The notes under the pieces are model-generated. The model saw only the letters and a program-made list of their open reading frames with translations. It did no database searches and was not told where the DNA came from. A DNA stretch of 64,000 bases from Mytilus californianus (taxonomy: Eukaryota): contig NW_026262668.1 of NCBI RefSeq assembly GCF_021869535.1, positions 127,162,001 to 127,226,000 on the forward strand, given 5' to 3'. A program made the translations under genes and the position numbers. This document shows, piece after piece, positions 35,440 to 48,700 of the stretch; position 1 is the first letter of the stretch, and each line of letters begins with the position of its first letter.

Positions 35440-36030
35440 GCGATTCATATAAACTGTAGCATCCAATTGTTAACTTGTAAACAAGAGGCAGAGATTCACA
35501 TAAACTGTATCATCCAATTTTTAACTTGTAAACAAGAGGCAGAGATTCAAATAAACTGTATCATCCAATTGTTAACTTGTAAACAAGAGGCAGAGATTCA
35601 CATAAACTGTATCATCCAATTGTTAACTTGTTAACAAGAGGCAGAGATTCACATAAACTGTATCATCTAATTGTTAACTTGTAAACAAGAGGCAGAGATT
35701 CACATAAACTGTATCATTCAATTGTTAACTTGTAAACAAGAGGCAGAGATTCACATAAACTGTATCATCTAATTGTTAACTTGTAAACAAGAGGCAGAGA
35801 TTCACATAAACTGTATCATCCAATTGTTAACTTGTAAAAAAAGAGGCAGATATTTACATAAACTATATCATCCAATTGTTAACTTGTAAACAAGAGGCAG
35901 AGATTCACATAAAGTGTATCTTCCAATTGTTAACTTGTACACAAAAACTGTATCATCCAATCGTTAACTTGTAAAAAAGAGGCAGAGATTCACATAAACT
36001 GTATCATCCAATTGTTAACTTGTAAAAAAA
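35440..36030. repeat. 51-bp tandem array (~11 copies)
   Basis: taaactgtatcatccaattgttaacttgtaaacaagaggcagagattcaca; period measured at 35461/35512. Confidence 0.92.
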
Positions 36031-37997
36031 GGCAGAAGATACATCAGGCAAACAACATAGAGCATCATGAACCCAGCCAATAACTGGGGTGATCTTTTAA
36101 AAGTGCTCCGAAAGGGTAAGCAGATCCTGCTCCACATGTGTTGCTCCTAGCAAGTACAAATCTCATGACAAGTCTCATTCGGTGATGTCACAATCTAGGA
36201 AAAGTGGACGGGATTATGGCTACGTGGGACATAACTCTGTAACTGTATAAACAAAGTATATAATTTAAACATGCGTTGACAAAAGAACAAGTCTGAATGG
36301 ATTTTCTGAATTTTTAATATAATCGATGCTATTAAAATTCACGGTGTTGAGCAATTGAATGTCATCTCAATATTAAAGTAAAGATCAATTTTCCATGATC
36401 CATAATATCTACCTGTTTATGTTATTGGAAAACATGGAATTATATCAACATTAAAGTAGCGAGTTAATAATGGAGCGCTAACAGAAATTGTGAGTATACA
36501 TTGATAGATTGCTTTCATGTTTTAAATTTACTTTACTTTTTACTTATAGTACGGAATATCTGATATGTTTTGGTAACTAAGGTTTTTAAAATTATTTATA
36601 GACTGTGCAAGGGAAGTATTATATGTCTCTGGCTATGATATTGATGATAACTACATTTGTCTCTTATCACTGATTTTTATCTTAATTTCAATTTGCTTTT
36701 GAATAAAAGAGAGATGTGGGGATATGTCAACGAGACAGAAACCAGACAACACAAACAAATAAAAGTTATCTAGGGTGCAACACACGGTTCTAAACAATAG
36801 ACAGGTGTCTTTACGAAACCCCCAGGTCTCAATCGCCCCAAAATTAAAAAAAGAAGCGAATAAAAAGGTTCTTCAGTTAGGTAAATGTCGGAGAATCTCT
36901 ATTCTCATTTCGGTCCAAAGCATCTCGATTATTTTTTACAATATGAATGTAAAAAAATAAGGAGTGTCTGTATTATTTAAACACTATTATAAAAATAAAA
37001 ATAGCAAAAACCTATATAGGACTTAAACCTAGCCAACATAATTCAATGTACTGACAATTCTCTCTCAACTGACCTTGATCTAAACATAGGATGTAAGACC
37101 TAGCCTATTTTATAAATTGATTTACATTAAGTGAACTGTTTACAGTAGAAATATTGAAACCCTATTGATTGACAGACAACATGGCATAAAATATGTCTTC
37201 ATCACCTCACGACGTATTCAGAGATTCTCGTTTGAATTGTTTTACATTCCACATGTCGGAGCCTTTTATAGCTTGCTATGCGGTATTGGTTTTGGTCTCT
37301 GGTTGAAAAATGCTCCATTGGCAGTCATACCACATCTTCCTATTTTTATACAGCGGACTTTATACTATTTAGACTGTTCTGATCCGTACACGGTTTTGAT
37401 GCTATTAAATGTTTATATATTTGACTTCGCAGACATACGACACGGAGTCTATTTGGTGATTGTGTTTTAAGAAATATATTTTTGCGCACTGATTCGATAT
37501 CATACTCCTTCGTATAACTTTAATAAAAGAAAAGTTCTAGTAAAGTAAAGCTGCGAACTTTAAAGGAGAATATCTAAAACAGAGTAGCAAGGCAGCATGT
37601 TATTCCCGTGTTTAAGGATGATAACAGCACCGAGTTCGCGGGAATCTTTGAGTGACTAGAACCGACTCTCAACATCTCATCTTGAACCTGATCACGTTCC
37701 AACAAATGCATACATCATATTATTGTATTAGATATATTATAGTATATATCAAACAATTTAATATTTCTTTGGTGCCTTTATATTGCTTAAATGTTGTAAA
37801 AATGGGAAAATCTCACGATAATTGTTCGTGATAAGCCTTTACTTTATCAAAAACTCAAAATATTGCGAAGCACTTCATTGTTTGTCTACAGGAACAATAA
37901 CAGTTTTGTCCTGAAGTTAGTTGTCCTACAGATATCTATAAATAATTGAGTTTTTGAAGATATGTGAAGTATGTAAATGAAAAAAAAAACACGTTAT

Positions 37998-38160
37998 AGT
38001 GTGTCCTAAACGTTTTATAATACTTACCTTATAAGGATGGTGTGTCCTAAACGTTTTATAATACTTACCTTATAAGGATGGTGTGTCCTAAACGTTTTAT
38101 AATACTTACCTTATAAGGATGGTGTGTCCTAAACGTTTTATAATACTTACTTTATAAGGG
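37998..38160. repeat. 41-bp tandem repeat (~4 copies)
   Basis: gtgtcctaaacgttttataatacttaccttataaggatggt. Confidence 0.92.
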
Positions 38161-39639
38161 AAGCTCAAAACAAAACAAAGTTAAAAGCCAAGAATGCATA
38201 AATACTTGAGAAGCTTTAAGACAAAAAGGACAGTAAAAAAACATCCAAAGCCAAATTTGCCTGACGAAGTTTAAACCTTTTTTTAATATCTTTAATCAAC
38301 GAAAACATACTGAATGTATGTAAATTAGTCATGCCAGTGCTATAAGTTAACTATGTTTACATCATATTGAAGTTCCGAAATCTTTCACCTCCCTATATTT
38401 TGTAAGACAGAACATGTCAACTACAACTCCTCAAGCTTGAGAAAAGCTTTTATTGGAAAATTGAAAAATAAAAAAATAAAAGAAATAAATTGTTTTAATT
38501 TTGGTTATACAAAACCTGTTTTTGGGTCTTTGGCACACACATTTGTCATAATCTGCCCGTGTTTGTAAATTAAGTTGTTAAACTTTGAGGATGAAAAGCA
38601 CTTTTCAATGACGTTAAGGAAAATACGAAAAAAGGAGTTCATGTAGATACGCTAAAATTCCGAATTGTCTTATTAAAAAAAATCAATTTCACTGAAAGCT
38701 GTCATCACTTTGTTTGTCTGTAAGAAGCTACAGAATACTCATATAGAGGGCCTTGTCATATTGTTGTGCTGACAGGTTGATCAAATTGATAAATGAAAAA
38801 AGTGTGTTCAGCAACAGTTGCTACTAGGTATAAACATTTAATAATTCTATCAGAAGCTGTGAAAGGACTGTGGCCCAAATATTTGTCTATAGCTATATCT
38901 CAGAGCATACATGTTTGCTTTTATTCGTGAAATATCGTTATATTTAGAAACCGTTTACAGTGTGAATACTGTCTAGGTTTCTTAATTTGATAGCAGTATA
39001 TGACAAAATAAACAGATCAAAATCTTCATTCTAAAAATAAGATAAGAAGATATGGTATAATTGCCAATAAGACAACTTCCACCAAATGACGTAGAATTAA
39101 GCAACCATAGGTCAACTTATGGCCTTCATCATGAGCAAAATGTCCATTTCTCTTTTTACATGCTGACATTTGGGGTTATGACCAACTTCAGCCAAAGAAG
39201 CTTTAAATGTCTTGTTGAAAGGCATGTTGCAATATATGGGTATTGAGCAATTTTTATACGCCCGTTTACGGGACGTATCATGGTATACCGTTTTCCAAGT
39301 ATTATCAATGTATTATCTATGTAAAAACTCAAAAATACACAAGTCTTTGGATCAAGATAATGTTTTTTTTCACAAGAGCATTTCATGAACTGCATTTACA
39401 CAAAAAATCTATCTCAAGAAATATTTAGCGATGATGCAACTTAAAAATGAATTGAAAAACGTAATGGTTCTATAAACACATATGTAACATCATCTGACTT
39501 CAAAGACCCAAATCTTGCTAGACACTATTTTTTCCAATAGTTCTTAGTTCGGTAAAATTATTTGAATCAAATGAAAAATTATATAATTATCTTATACTCG
39601 AAAATGACTGATTTCTCATTGTATGTTGTTAGTTTCATT

Positions 39640-39825
39640 CAGTGGCGGATCCAGAAATTTTCATAAGGGAGAGGGGGCGGGGGGGGGGGGGGGGGGGGGG
39701 GGCACTTACTGCCTAAGAGGGGACCCGCTTCAGTCATGCTTCAGTGATTCCCTAAATGATCAACCAAATTTTTCCCACAAAAGGGGGGCCCGGGCCCCCT
39801 GGAAAACCCTCTAAATCCGCCTCTG
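39640..39825. mobile_element. 186-bp GC-rich MITE with poly-G tract
   Basis: imperfect TIR CAGTGGCGGATCCAG / CTAAATCCGCCTCTG. Confidence 0.7.
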
Positions 39826-40529
39826 TCTTTTTCTGTTTTTATTGGTTCTATTCGCTTGTATCATTTTACTGTAATAGAAGGATGTTGTAAACTCTACCTT
39901 GTTTACAGATCAAATTTAATGTTTTCTGTCCAACACAATCCTGTTTCTTGACTCTTTTATTTTTAATGAGAAAATTAAAGTCAATTTTAGTCCCAAATAA
40001 ATAAAGTCGCTGTAGAATGCAGGTAAGTGTCAATAAAGGTACAGTTTTCTCACGATTTAGTGCAAAAAAGATAAAGATAAACAACAAAAAGATCTCACAC
40101 CTTCGTTGTCGTTATAAATCTGATTTTATTTGAAAAGGCTTCTTCTTTAGGATAATAAATGATATAATAACTAACACAATTTTATGTTATAGGAAAAAAG
40201 AAAGCCATCAGAGCAGCTTATATAACAATCTGAAGTTCACAAAATCCAACCAACGTACTTTGATGATAAAAGTGACCATAAATTTGACAGTAATAAACTC
40301 ACCAATAAGAAAGACACCATTCGATTCCCGTCATCTATAATTGTTGGTAAGTTCTAATTATGTCAGTAAATCTTATGCAATCTTATGACTTACTTAGACA
40401 CTGTTAAACACGAAAAATATACGACCCTCTCCTTAAGCCTTTCCATTAGATTTGAGTGTCTACGAGATTAAGAAAACCATTTTGTATTCAAATAGTATAA
40501 TCAATATGTTCTAACACAAAAACAGAGAG

Positions 40530-43500
40530 GAATAGGAAATGAGGTATGCAAAGAGCCTTTGAAGAATAGGAATAGAGGTATGCCAATAGCCTTTCAGAAA
40601 CAGGTATAGAGGTATGACTATAGAGCTTTAGCTAAACAGGAAATGCATCGATTAATATCTGGCAATAGAGGCAAAAAAGAAGTCTTAGCATTACAAAAAA
40701 GCGCCTCCATTAAAACCTAGCAATAGAGGTATGACATGAGCCTTTATAGAATGTAAATAGAGGTATGACAAGAGCTTTTGTAGAATATGAATAGAGGTAT
40801 GACAGGAGCCTTTAAGGAAAAGAAATTGATGTGAGACATGAGCCTTTGTGGAATAGGAATTGAGGTGAGACATGAGCCTTTGTGGAATAGGAATTGAGGT
40901 GAGACCGCAACCTTTTGTGGAATAGGAATGTAGGTAAATCAGGAGCCTTTGTAGAATAGCAATAGAGAAATGAAAAGAGCCTTTGTGGGATAGGAATAGA
41001 GGTATACTAGGTGCCTTTGTGGAATAGCAATAGAGGTATGATAGGAGCCTTTGTGGAATAGCAATAGAGGTATGACAGGAGCTTTTGTGGAATAGGAACA
41101 GAGGTATGACAGGAGCCTTTGTGGAATAGCAATAGAGGTATGACATGAGCCTTTGTGGAATAGCAATAGAGGTATGACAGGAGCCTTTGTGGAAAAGCAA
41201 TAGAGGTATGATAGGAGCCTTTGTGGAATAGGAATAGAGCTATGACAGGACCTTTTGTGGAATAGCAAAAGAGATATGATAGGAGCTTTTGTGGAATAGC
41301 AATAGAGGTATGATAGGAGCCTTTGTGGAATAGCAATAGAGGTATGACAGGAGCTTTTGTGGAATAGGAACAGAGGTACGACAGGAGCCTTTGTGGAGTA
41401 GGAATAGATGTATGATAGGTGCCTTTGTGGAATAGGAATAGAGGTATGCAAAGAGCCTTTGAAGAATAGGAATAGAGGTATGCCAATAGCCTTTCAGAAA
41501 CAGGTATAGAGGTATGACTATAGAAATTTAGCTAAACAGGAAATGCATCGATTAATATCTGGCAATAGAGGCCAAAAAGTAGTCTTAGCATTACAAAAAG
41601 CGCCTCCATTAACAACTAGCAATAGAGGTATGACATGAGCCTTTATATAATGTGAATAGAGGTATGACAAGAGCTTTTGTAGAATATGAATAGAGGTATG
41701 ACAGGAGCCTTTGTGGAAAAGGAATTGAGGTGAGACCGCAACCTTTTGTGGAATAGAAATGTAGGTAAATCAGGAGCCTTTGTAGAATAGCAATAGAGAA
41801 ATGAAAAGAGCCTTTGTGGAATAGGAATAGAGGTATACTAGGTGCCTTTGTGGAATAGCAATAGAGGTATGATAGAAGCCTTTGTGGAATAGCAATAGAG
41901 GTATGACAGGAGCTTTTGTGGAATAGGAACAGAGGTATGACAGGAGCCTTTGTGGAATAGCAATAGAGGTATGACAGGAGCCTTTGTGGAATAGCAATAG
42001 AGGTATGACAGGAGCCTTTGTGGAATAGCAATAGAGGTATGATAGGAGCCTTTGTGGAATAGGAATAGAGCTATGACAGGAGCCTTTGTGGAATAGCAAA
42101 AGAGATATGATAGGAGCTTTTGTGGAATAGCAATAGAGGTATGATAGGAGCCTTTGTGGAATAGCAATAGAGTTATGACAGGAGCTTTTGTGGAATAGGA
42201 ACAGAGGTACGACAGGAGCCTTTGTAGAGTAGGAATAGATGTATGATAGGTGCCTTTGTGGAATAGGAATAGAGGTATGCAAAGAGCCTTTGAAGAATAG
42301 GAATAGAGGTATGCCAATAGCCTTTCAGAAACAGGTATAGAGGTATGACTATAGAAATTTAGCTAAACAGGAAATGCATCGATTAATATCTGGCAATAGA
42401 GGCCAAAAAGTAGTCTTAGCATTACAAAAAGCGCCTCCATTAACACCTAGCAATAGAGGTATGACATGAGCCTTTATAGAATGTGAATAGAGGTATGACA
42501 AGAGCTTTTGTAGAATATGAATAGAGGTATGACAGGAGCATTTGTGGAAAAGGAATTGATGTGAGACATGAGTCTTTGTGGAGTAGGAATTGAGGTGAGA
42601 CATGAGCCTTTGTGGAATAGGAATTGAGGCGAGACCGCAACCTTTTGTGGAATAGGAATGTAGGTAAATCAGGAGCCTTTGTAGAATAGCAATAGAGAAA
42701 TGAAAAGAGCCTTTGTGGAATAGGAATAGAGGTATAATAGGTGCCTTTGTGGAATAGCAATAGAGGTATGATAGGAGCCTTTGTGGAATAGCAATAGAGG
42801 TATGACAGGAGCTTTTGTGGAATAGGAACAGAGGTATGACAGGAGCCTTTGTGGAATAGCAATAGAGGTATGATAGGAGCTTTTGTGGAATAGGAATAGA
42901 GGTATGACAGGAGCCTTTGTGGAATAGGAATAGAGGTATGACAGGAGCCTTTGTGGAATAGCAAAAGAGATATGATAGGAGCTTTTGTGGAATATGAATA
43001 GAGGTATGATAGGAGCCTTTGTGGAATAGCAATAGAGGTATGACAGGAGCTTTTGTGGAATAGGAACAGAGGTACGACAGGAGCCTTTGTGGAATAGGAA
43101 TAGATGTATGATAGGTGCCTTTGTTGAATAGGAATAGATGTATGATAGGAGACTTTGTGGAATAGCAATAGAGGTATGAAAAGAGCCTTTGTAGAATTGG
43201 AATTGCGGTATGACAGGAGCCTTTGTGGAATAGTAATAGAGGTGAGACAGGAGCCTTTGTGGAATAGTAATAGAGGTATGATAGGAGCCTTTAAGGAATA
43301 GTAATAGAGGTGAGACAGGAGCCTTTCCTTTTGTAGATAAGGAAAAGAGGTATGGCAGAAGCCTTTGTGGAATAGGAATAGAGTTAAGAAAGGAACCTTT
43401 GTAGAATAGGAAAAGAGGTATATAACCGGAACTTTTGTAAAATAGCAATAGAGGTATGACAGATTGAAGCCTTTGTGTAATAGCAATAAAGGTATTACAG

Positions 43501-44525
43501 GAGCCTTTTTGGAATAGGAAAAGATGTATGCTATGAGCCTTTGTGGAATAGGAATAGAGGTATGATAGGTGCCTTTGTGGAAAAGCAATAGAGGTATGAC
43601 AGGAGCCTTTGTGGAATAGCAATAGAGGTATGACAGGAGCTTTTGTGGAATAGCAACAGAGGTATGACAGGAGCTTTTGTGGAATAACAATAGAGGTATG
43701 ACAGGAGCCTTTGTGGAATAGGAATAAAGGTATGACAGGAACCTTTGTGGAATAGCAATAGAAGTATGATAGGAGACTTTGTGGAATAGCAATAGAGGTA
43801 TGACAGGAATCTTTGTGGAATAGCAATAGAAGTATGACAGGAGCCTTTGTGGAATAGTAATAGAGGTATGATAGGAGCCTTTGTGGAATAGCATTAGGGA
43901 TATGACAGGAGCCTTTGTGGAATAGCAATAGAGGTATGACAGGAGCCTTTGTGGAATAGGAATAGATATATGATAGGAGCCTTTGTGGAATATGAATAGA
44001 GGTATGACAGGAGCCTTTGTGGACTAGGAATAGATGTATGATAGGAGCCTTTGTGGAATAGAAATAGAGGTATAATAGGAGCTTTTGTGGAATAGGAATA
44101 GAGGTATGACAGGAGCCTTTGTGGAATAGGAATAGAGGTATGACAGGAGCCTTTGTAGAATAGCAATAGAGAAATGAAAAGAGCCTTTGTGGACTAGGAA
44201 TAGAGGTATGATAGGTGCCTTAGTGGAATAGGAATAGAGGTATGATAGAAGCCTTTGTGGAATAGGAATAGAGGTATGACAGCAGCCTTTGTGGAATAGG
44301 AATAGATGTATGATAGGAGCCTTTGTGGAATAGCAATAGAGGTATGATAGGTGCCTTAGTGGAATAAGAATAGAGGTATGACAGCAGCCTTTGTGGAATA
44401 GGAATAGAGGTATGACAGCAGCCTTTGTGGAATTGGAATAGAGGTATGATAGGAGCCTTTGTGGAATATGAATAGAGGTATGACACGAGATTTTGTGGAG
44501 TAGCAATAGAGATATGATAGGAGCT
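40530..44525. repeat. 34-bp minisatellite (~4 kb) with higher-order structure
   Basis: unit agaggtatgacaggagcctttgtggaatagcaat; the marker atgcaaagagcc recurs at 40546, 41446 and 42277 (900 and 831 bp apart). Confidence 0.95.
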
Positions 44526-44770
44526 TTAGTTGAACAGGAAATGCCTCCATTAACACCTGGCAATAGAGGTTTTTTCAAGTTATTTAACAGAACAGGAAAT
44601 GCCTTTATTTACACCTGGCAATAGAAGTATTTACAAGATACTTAACAGAACAGGAAATGCCTCCATTAACACCTGGCAATAGAGGTATTTATAAGATACT
44701 TAACGGAACAGGAAATGAATCAATTAACACCTGGCAAGAGAGGTATGACAAGAAACTTAACAGAACAGAG
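44525..44770. repeat. 58-bp tandem repeat (4-5 copies) related to the 34-mer
   Basis: ttaacagaacaggaaatgcctccattaacacctggcaatagaggtatttataagatac at 44584, 44642, 44700. Confidence 0.85.
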
Positions 44771-45665
44771 AATGCTTTACTCTGTAGATATATATGGACT
44801 TGTTTCGGTTGTCTTTCGGAGTGTTTTATTTCATTCCTTCTATTTTATTTTTAACATTTACAATCCCGTCCTCTTATCCTCGATTGTGGCATCATCAAAT
44901 GAATTTCATCACCGAATGTTTACTTACCATGAGTAACACGACAGGTGGCACCAGTGGAGCAGGACCTGTTTACCTTTAAGGTGCACCAGAGATAAACCCC
45001 AGGTGTTTCGCAGTCTTTAATTTTCTTTTATTTTTTTTTAACTTGTTCGTCTTATCGTCGTTTTCGTTATTTGAAATGGCGTTGACAGTTCCTCTAGACT
45101 TGTGAGTTTTAAATGTCCCCTTAGTATCTTTCGTCTCTTTTTTATATAAATTTATCTGTAAAATAGATCTAAATCAAATAAATCAAAAGAACTGAATTAA
45201 AACAAAATAAATTTATATGCTAATTAAAAAGAATGAATAAATTATCAATAACGAATGATAGGTGCACGGAAAACATCCCAATCATCTAAACATTAAAAAA
45301 CAAAGCCGGCCAATATTATGTTCTTTTCTGTCTACATCTATCAAATCTGTCTGTTTCAGTGATTTTAATCCAATTGTTATTTGAAATGTAGTTTAAAACT
45401 AATGTTTATTTGATGATAAATGACATGTTCAATGGCCGATAGATATTTTCTCCGTGTATAGCGAACTTTACGGGTGAATTAGTATGTATATATGTGAAAA
45501 ATATCTATATATAAACACCTATAGTATATTTTTCTATTGTGTCCATTTAATTTTGAGTTCTATGTAAAGACTTCCTATTACTTTGTGTTTATTTGAAAAA
45601 AAATGTCTTACAGGAAGTGAAGTAAACAGAACTATAACAGGAGTTTGAAATGAAGCATCATTAAC

Positions 45666-45720
45666 ATGTATTTCCAGTTATTTATGTTTGGGATATGGAT
45701 AGCTTATGTAACGTCGAACG
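45666..45720 (+). CDS. Gene B first coding exon, signal peptide MYFQLFMFGIWIAYVTSN(E)
   Basis: ATG, hydrophobic core, donor g|gtaagt; phase 1 matches the next exon. An acceptor-like ttacag at 45608-45613 suggests an upstream 5'UTR exon. Confidence 0.72.
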
Positions 45721-48700
45721 GTAAGTAGATCATTATTACTCTGATTTCAAAAGTTACAATTTTTGAAATACAGACGAAGTTGCAATTTCTTTTGGTCCGC
45801 AACACCAAAATATTTTGTACCAGAATTCAACATACGTGTACATGATTTTTTATATGAGTTAGTTATGTAAATGGTCGTATTCTTAAGTGTTTTAAAATCA
45901 ATTCCATGAATTATGATTATAAAGTTCATTTGAATTTGAATAGTGATTCCCTTACCATATAATTATAGTTCGTTCCTTCATTGGCTATACAGTTAAAGCA
46001 GTTTCTCTAATTTAAAGGTTTATGATCTAGTAGAGTGCTACTATGAAACAACAATGAAAGACAACGCAAAACAGTACCGAAACAACTAACTAATCTTGTC
46101 CGAAACAACGGACAATTGATATATAACATGTAAATCAAACAGAAACGTAAATCTATACAATATATATATATAACACATTGCAATGTCATTCCATTTAATG
46201 TGACTTTACGGTTAAATGACTGAGTAAAACGAAGTGAAATAAGATATAGTACATAAAGAAAAAACATCACGAGACATAAGTTAAAATGATAAGTGTTGTT
46301 TATATGTTTCATTTCCATGTGTTTACCAGAAGCATTGCATACATTAATTAATTAAATCAATTCAGCATTTAATAACAGTTAGTGTAGTATGAAACAGACT
46401 TCCATGCATTAAACACCTTTATCAGCTATGAACAAAAGTTCCGGTAGCAAAAACACATCTTGACCATTAAAGCTCCATCCATTAAATAAACGATCAAACA
46501 TTCATAGTTCAGCTTAATGACTTTTACCTATTATAATTACATAAATATTGACATGTCGGGTCACATTTTATCGTTTATAATTATATCAACACACCAACAT
46601 TTGTTGGAAGTGGCTGAATAATCGTGCCTATTTCTGAAATGGTGATGTACCAACTTCTTTTATTGCCATTGGCTGAATTGTAATTTTAAGGCTGACAATT
46701 TTTTAATTAAAATGTTTAATTTTTATCAGTACGTCAAATAATCTTTGAAAAACAAGTATTTTGTTTTCATACGTAAAATCTTTTAGACAAACTTTTGATT
46801 CCTGGAAACATGAAATATATTATTATAGAATTGATTTAAGTTTTTTTGTTTTATGAAATATCAATGTTACTAATTCAATGCATAGAATTTTGAAGAACTG
46901 CTTACATGCACACACATCTAAAACATGGGTTAATTCTCGTAGAATTGATATAAAATAAAAATAAAAATATATGATTAGTTTTCAAACGTACACAATTTTC
47001 CTTTACCTTTCATGCTAAGGAAGGAATACATACTGCATGATCAACGTCTTGGAATGTTTCACGTAATTATAGAAGTTTTAATGTTTATCATACGTAATCA
47101 TTTAAAAACTATTTGTAGAATACAAAATAGAGTATGCAACAGACTATAAAAGAGAACAGGATAATTATGTTATTTCTTTCCATGATTATCGGAGAGAAAA
47201 ACGACAAGTGGAAAACAGTTGGTCTCCAAGTACGACAGCACACACTAATCTGACAATTATACCAACAACACAAACATATAGTAATGTGACAAGACCAACA
47301 ACACAGATACATAGTAATGTAACTAGACCAGCAACACAGATAAATAGTAATGTAACTAGACCAACAACACAAATACATAGTAATGTGACAAGACCAACAA
47401 CACACATAAATGGCAACGTGACAAATAGGCCAACAACACAGATACATAGTAATTTGACTAGACCAACTACAAATATACATAGTAATGTGACAACACCAAC
47501 ACACATAAATGGCAACGTGACAACTAGACCAAAAACACAAATAAATGGCAATATGACTACTAAGCCGACGACCAAAGTATCAAGTATTCTGCCTTCTACA
47601 ACAAATACACCAAGTACAACAAGACTGCCGTCTACAACAAAAGCACCAAGTACAACAAGAGAAGCCATATCAACAACAACTACTACAATTTCTAAAGAAA
47701 CTACGTTTAACCCGCCAGAAACAACATACATAAAGGTTTGTGTTTATTTTTCATCTTTTTCAGGTTTAAAAAAAATTGGAATACATGTTATGGCATGTAT
47801 TTTAACATTTGAACGAGCTATTTAAGCATGGTGAAACGAATATACATGGAACTATATGTATAAGATAAAGAAATGTAAGGCGTTAAACGAAACTTGTATA
47901 TATGTCTTGGCTAAAATATTGTTATATACAGCAAAGCACATGTTTAAATGCTTTAATTGTAGGTGAACGTTTCACCATTGTCGGGTGTTTTAAAAGTTCC
48001 GGCTCTAGAACAAAGTTAAAAACAAAAATATTTCCAAAAATATCGAAAATTCATTATAGAAAGACACAAGACTGAGTCAACCAAAGAAAGATAAATATCC
48101 ATACTGGCATATCTAAACAACACTGAAATTTGACAAAACTCAAGCAAAACTAGGCGTGAAATTTGGTGCTCAGTAAAAGTATGCATATCTCTCCATTACT
48201 TTTTTTATGTAAGTTTCTGGTATTAAAAGTTGACACATCAACGAAACATATCGTTCAATTACTGTGTCATGTTCAATCTACTTGTGATAGGGACCATAAA
48301 ACTCCTTCAGTGATGACATCAGCCTGAATATAATCCTGTCTGTATTCCTCCTATCTGTAACAATCTTGGATGCACTCTACTTCAAAGGAATGCAATGAGT
48401 GACTTTATCTAAATTATTTTCAACAGGTAAACTAATTGCCTTTTGTTTCAGCATATCAGTTAGAGTAGAGGTCATTCTATTCATCGACAATTGAATGTGA
48501 TTGAAAAGTAATAAAACATTTCCCCTTGTGGTATGATTGTGGATGGATTGGTAGCGTTCCGGGTGAACATTATATATACATAAATAGAGATGACAACCAA
48601 TAGACAATAAAAAAAAACTTATGTAAATCTGAATGTCAGCATTTGTTTTGAACAATAAACAAGTATCAATACATTATACTGAAGTCTATATTGCATTTTG

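Noticed and set aside
39668-39702. Long G runs (also 34112-34165) as G-quadruplex regulators
   Set aside because: They are homopolymer tracts inside repeats whose length is error-prone in assemblies, with no independent support.
40691-44578. Many long - strand ORFs (up to 484 aa) with YCYSTKAPVIPLLLFHKGSCHTSIAIPQRLLS repeats
   Set aside because: They are produced by the 34-bp minisatellite, which lacks stops on that strand; all three frames give the same permuted peptide and there is no gene structure.
47109-47731. - strand Cys/Val-rich ORFs (143 and 181 aa)
   Set aside because: They are antisense shadows of the Thr-rich repeat exon of gene B.
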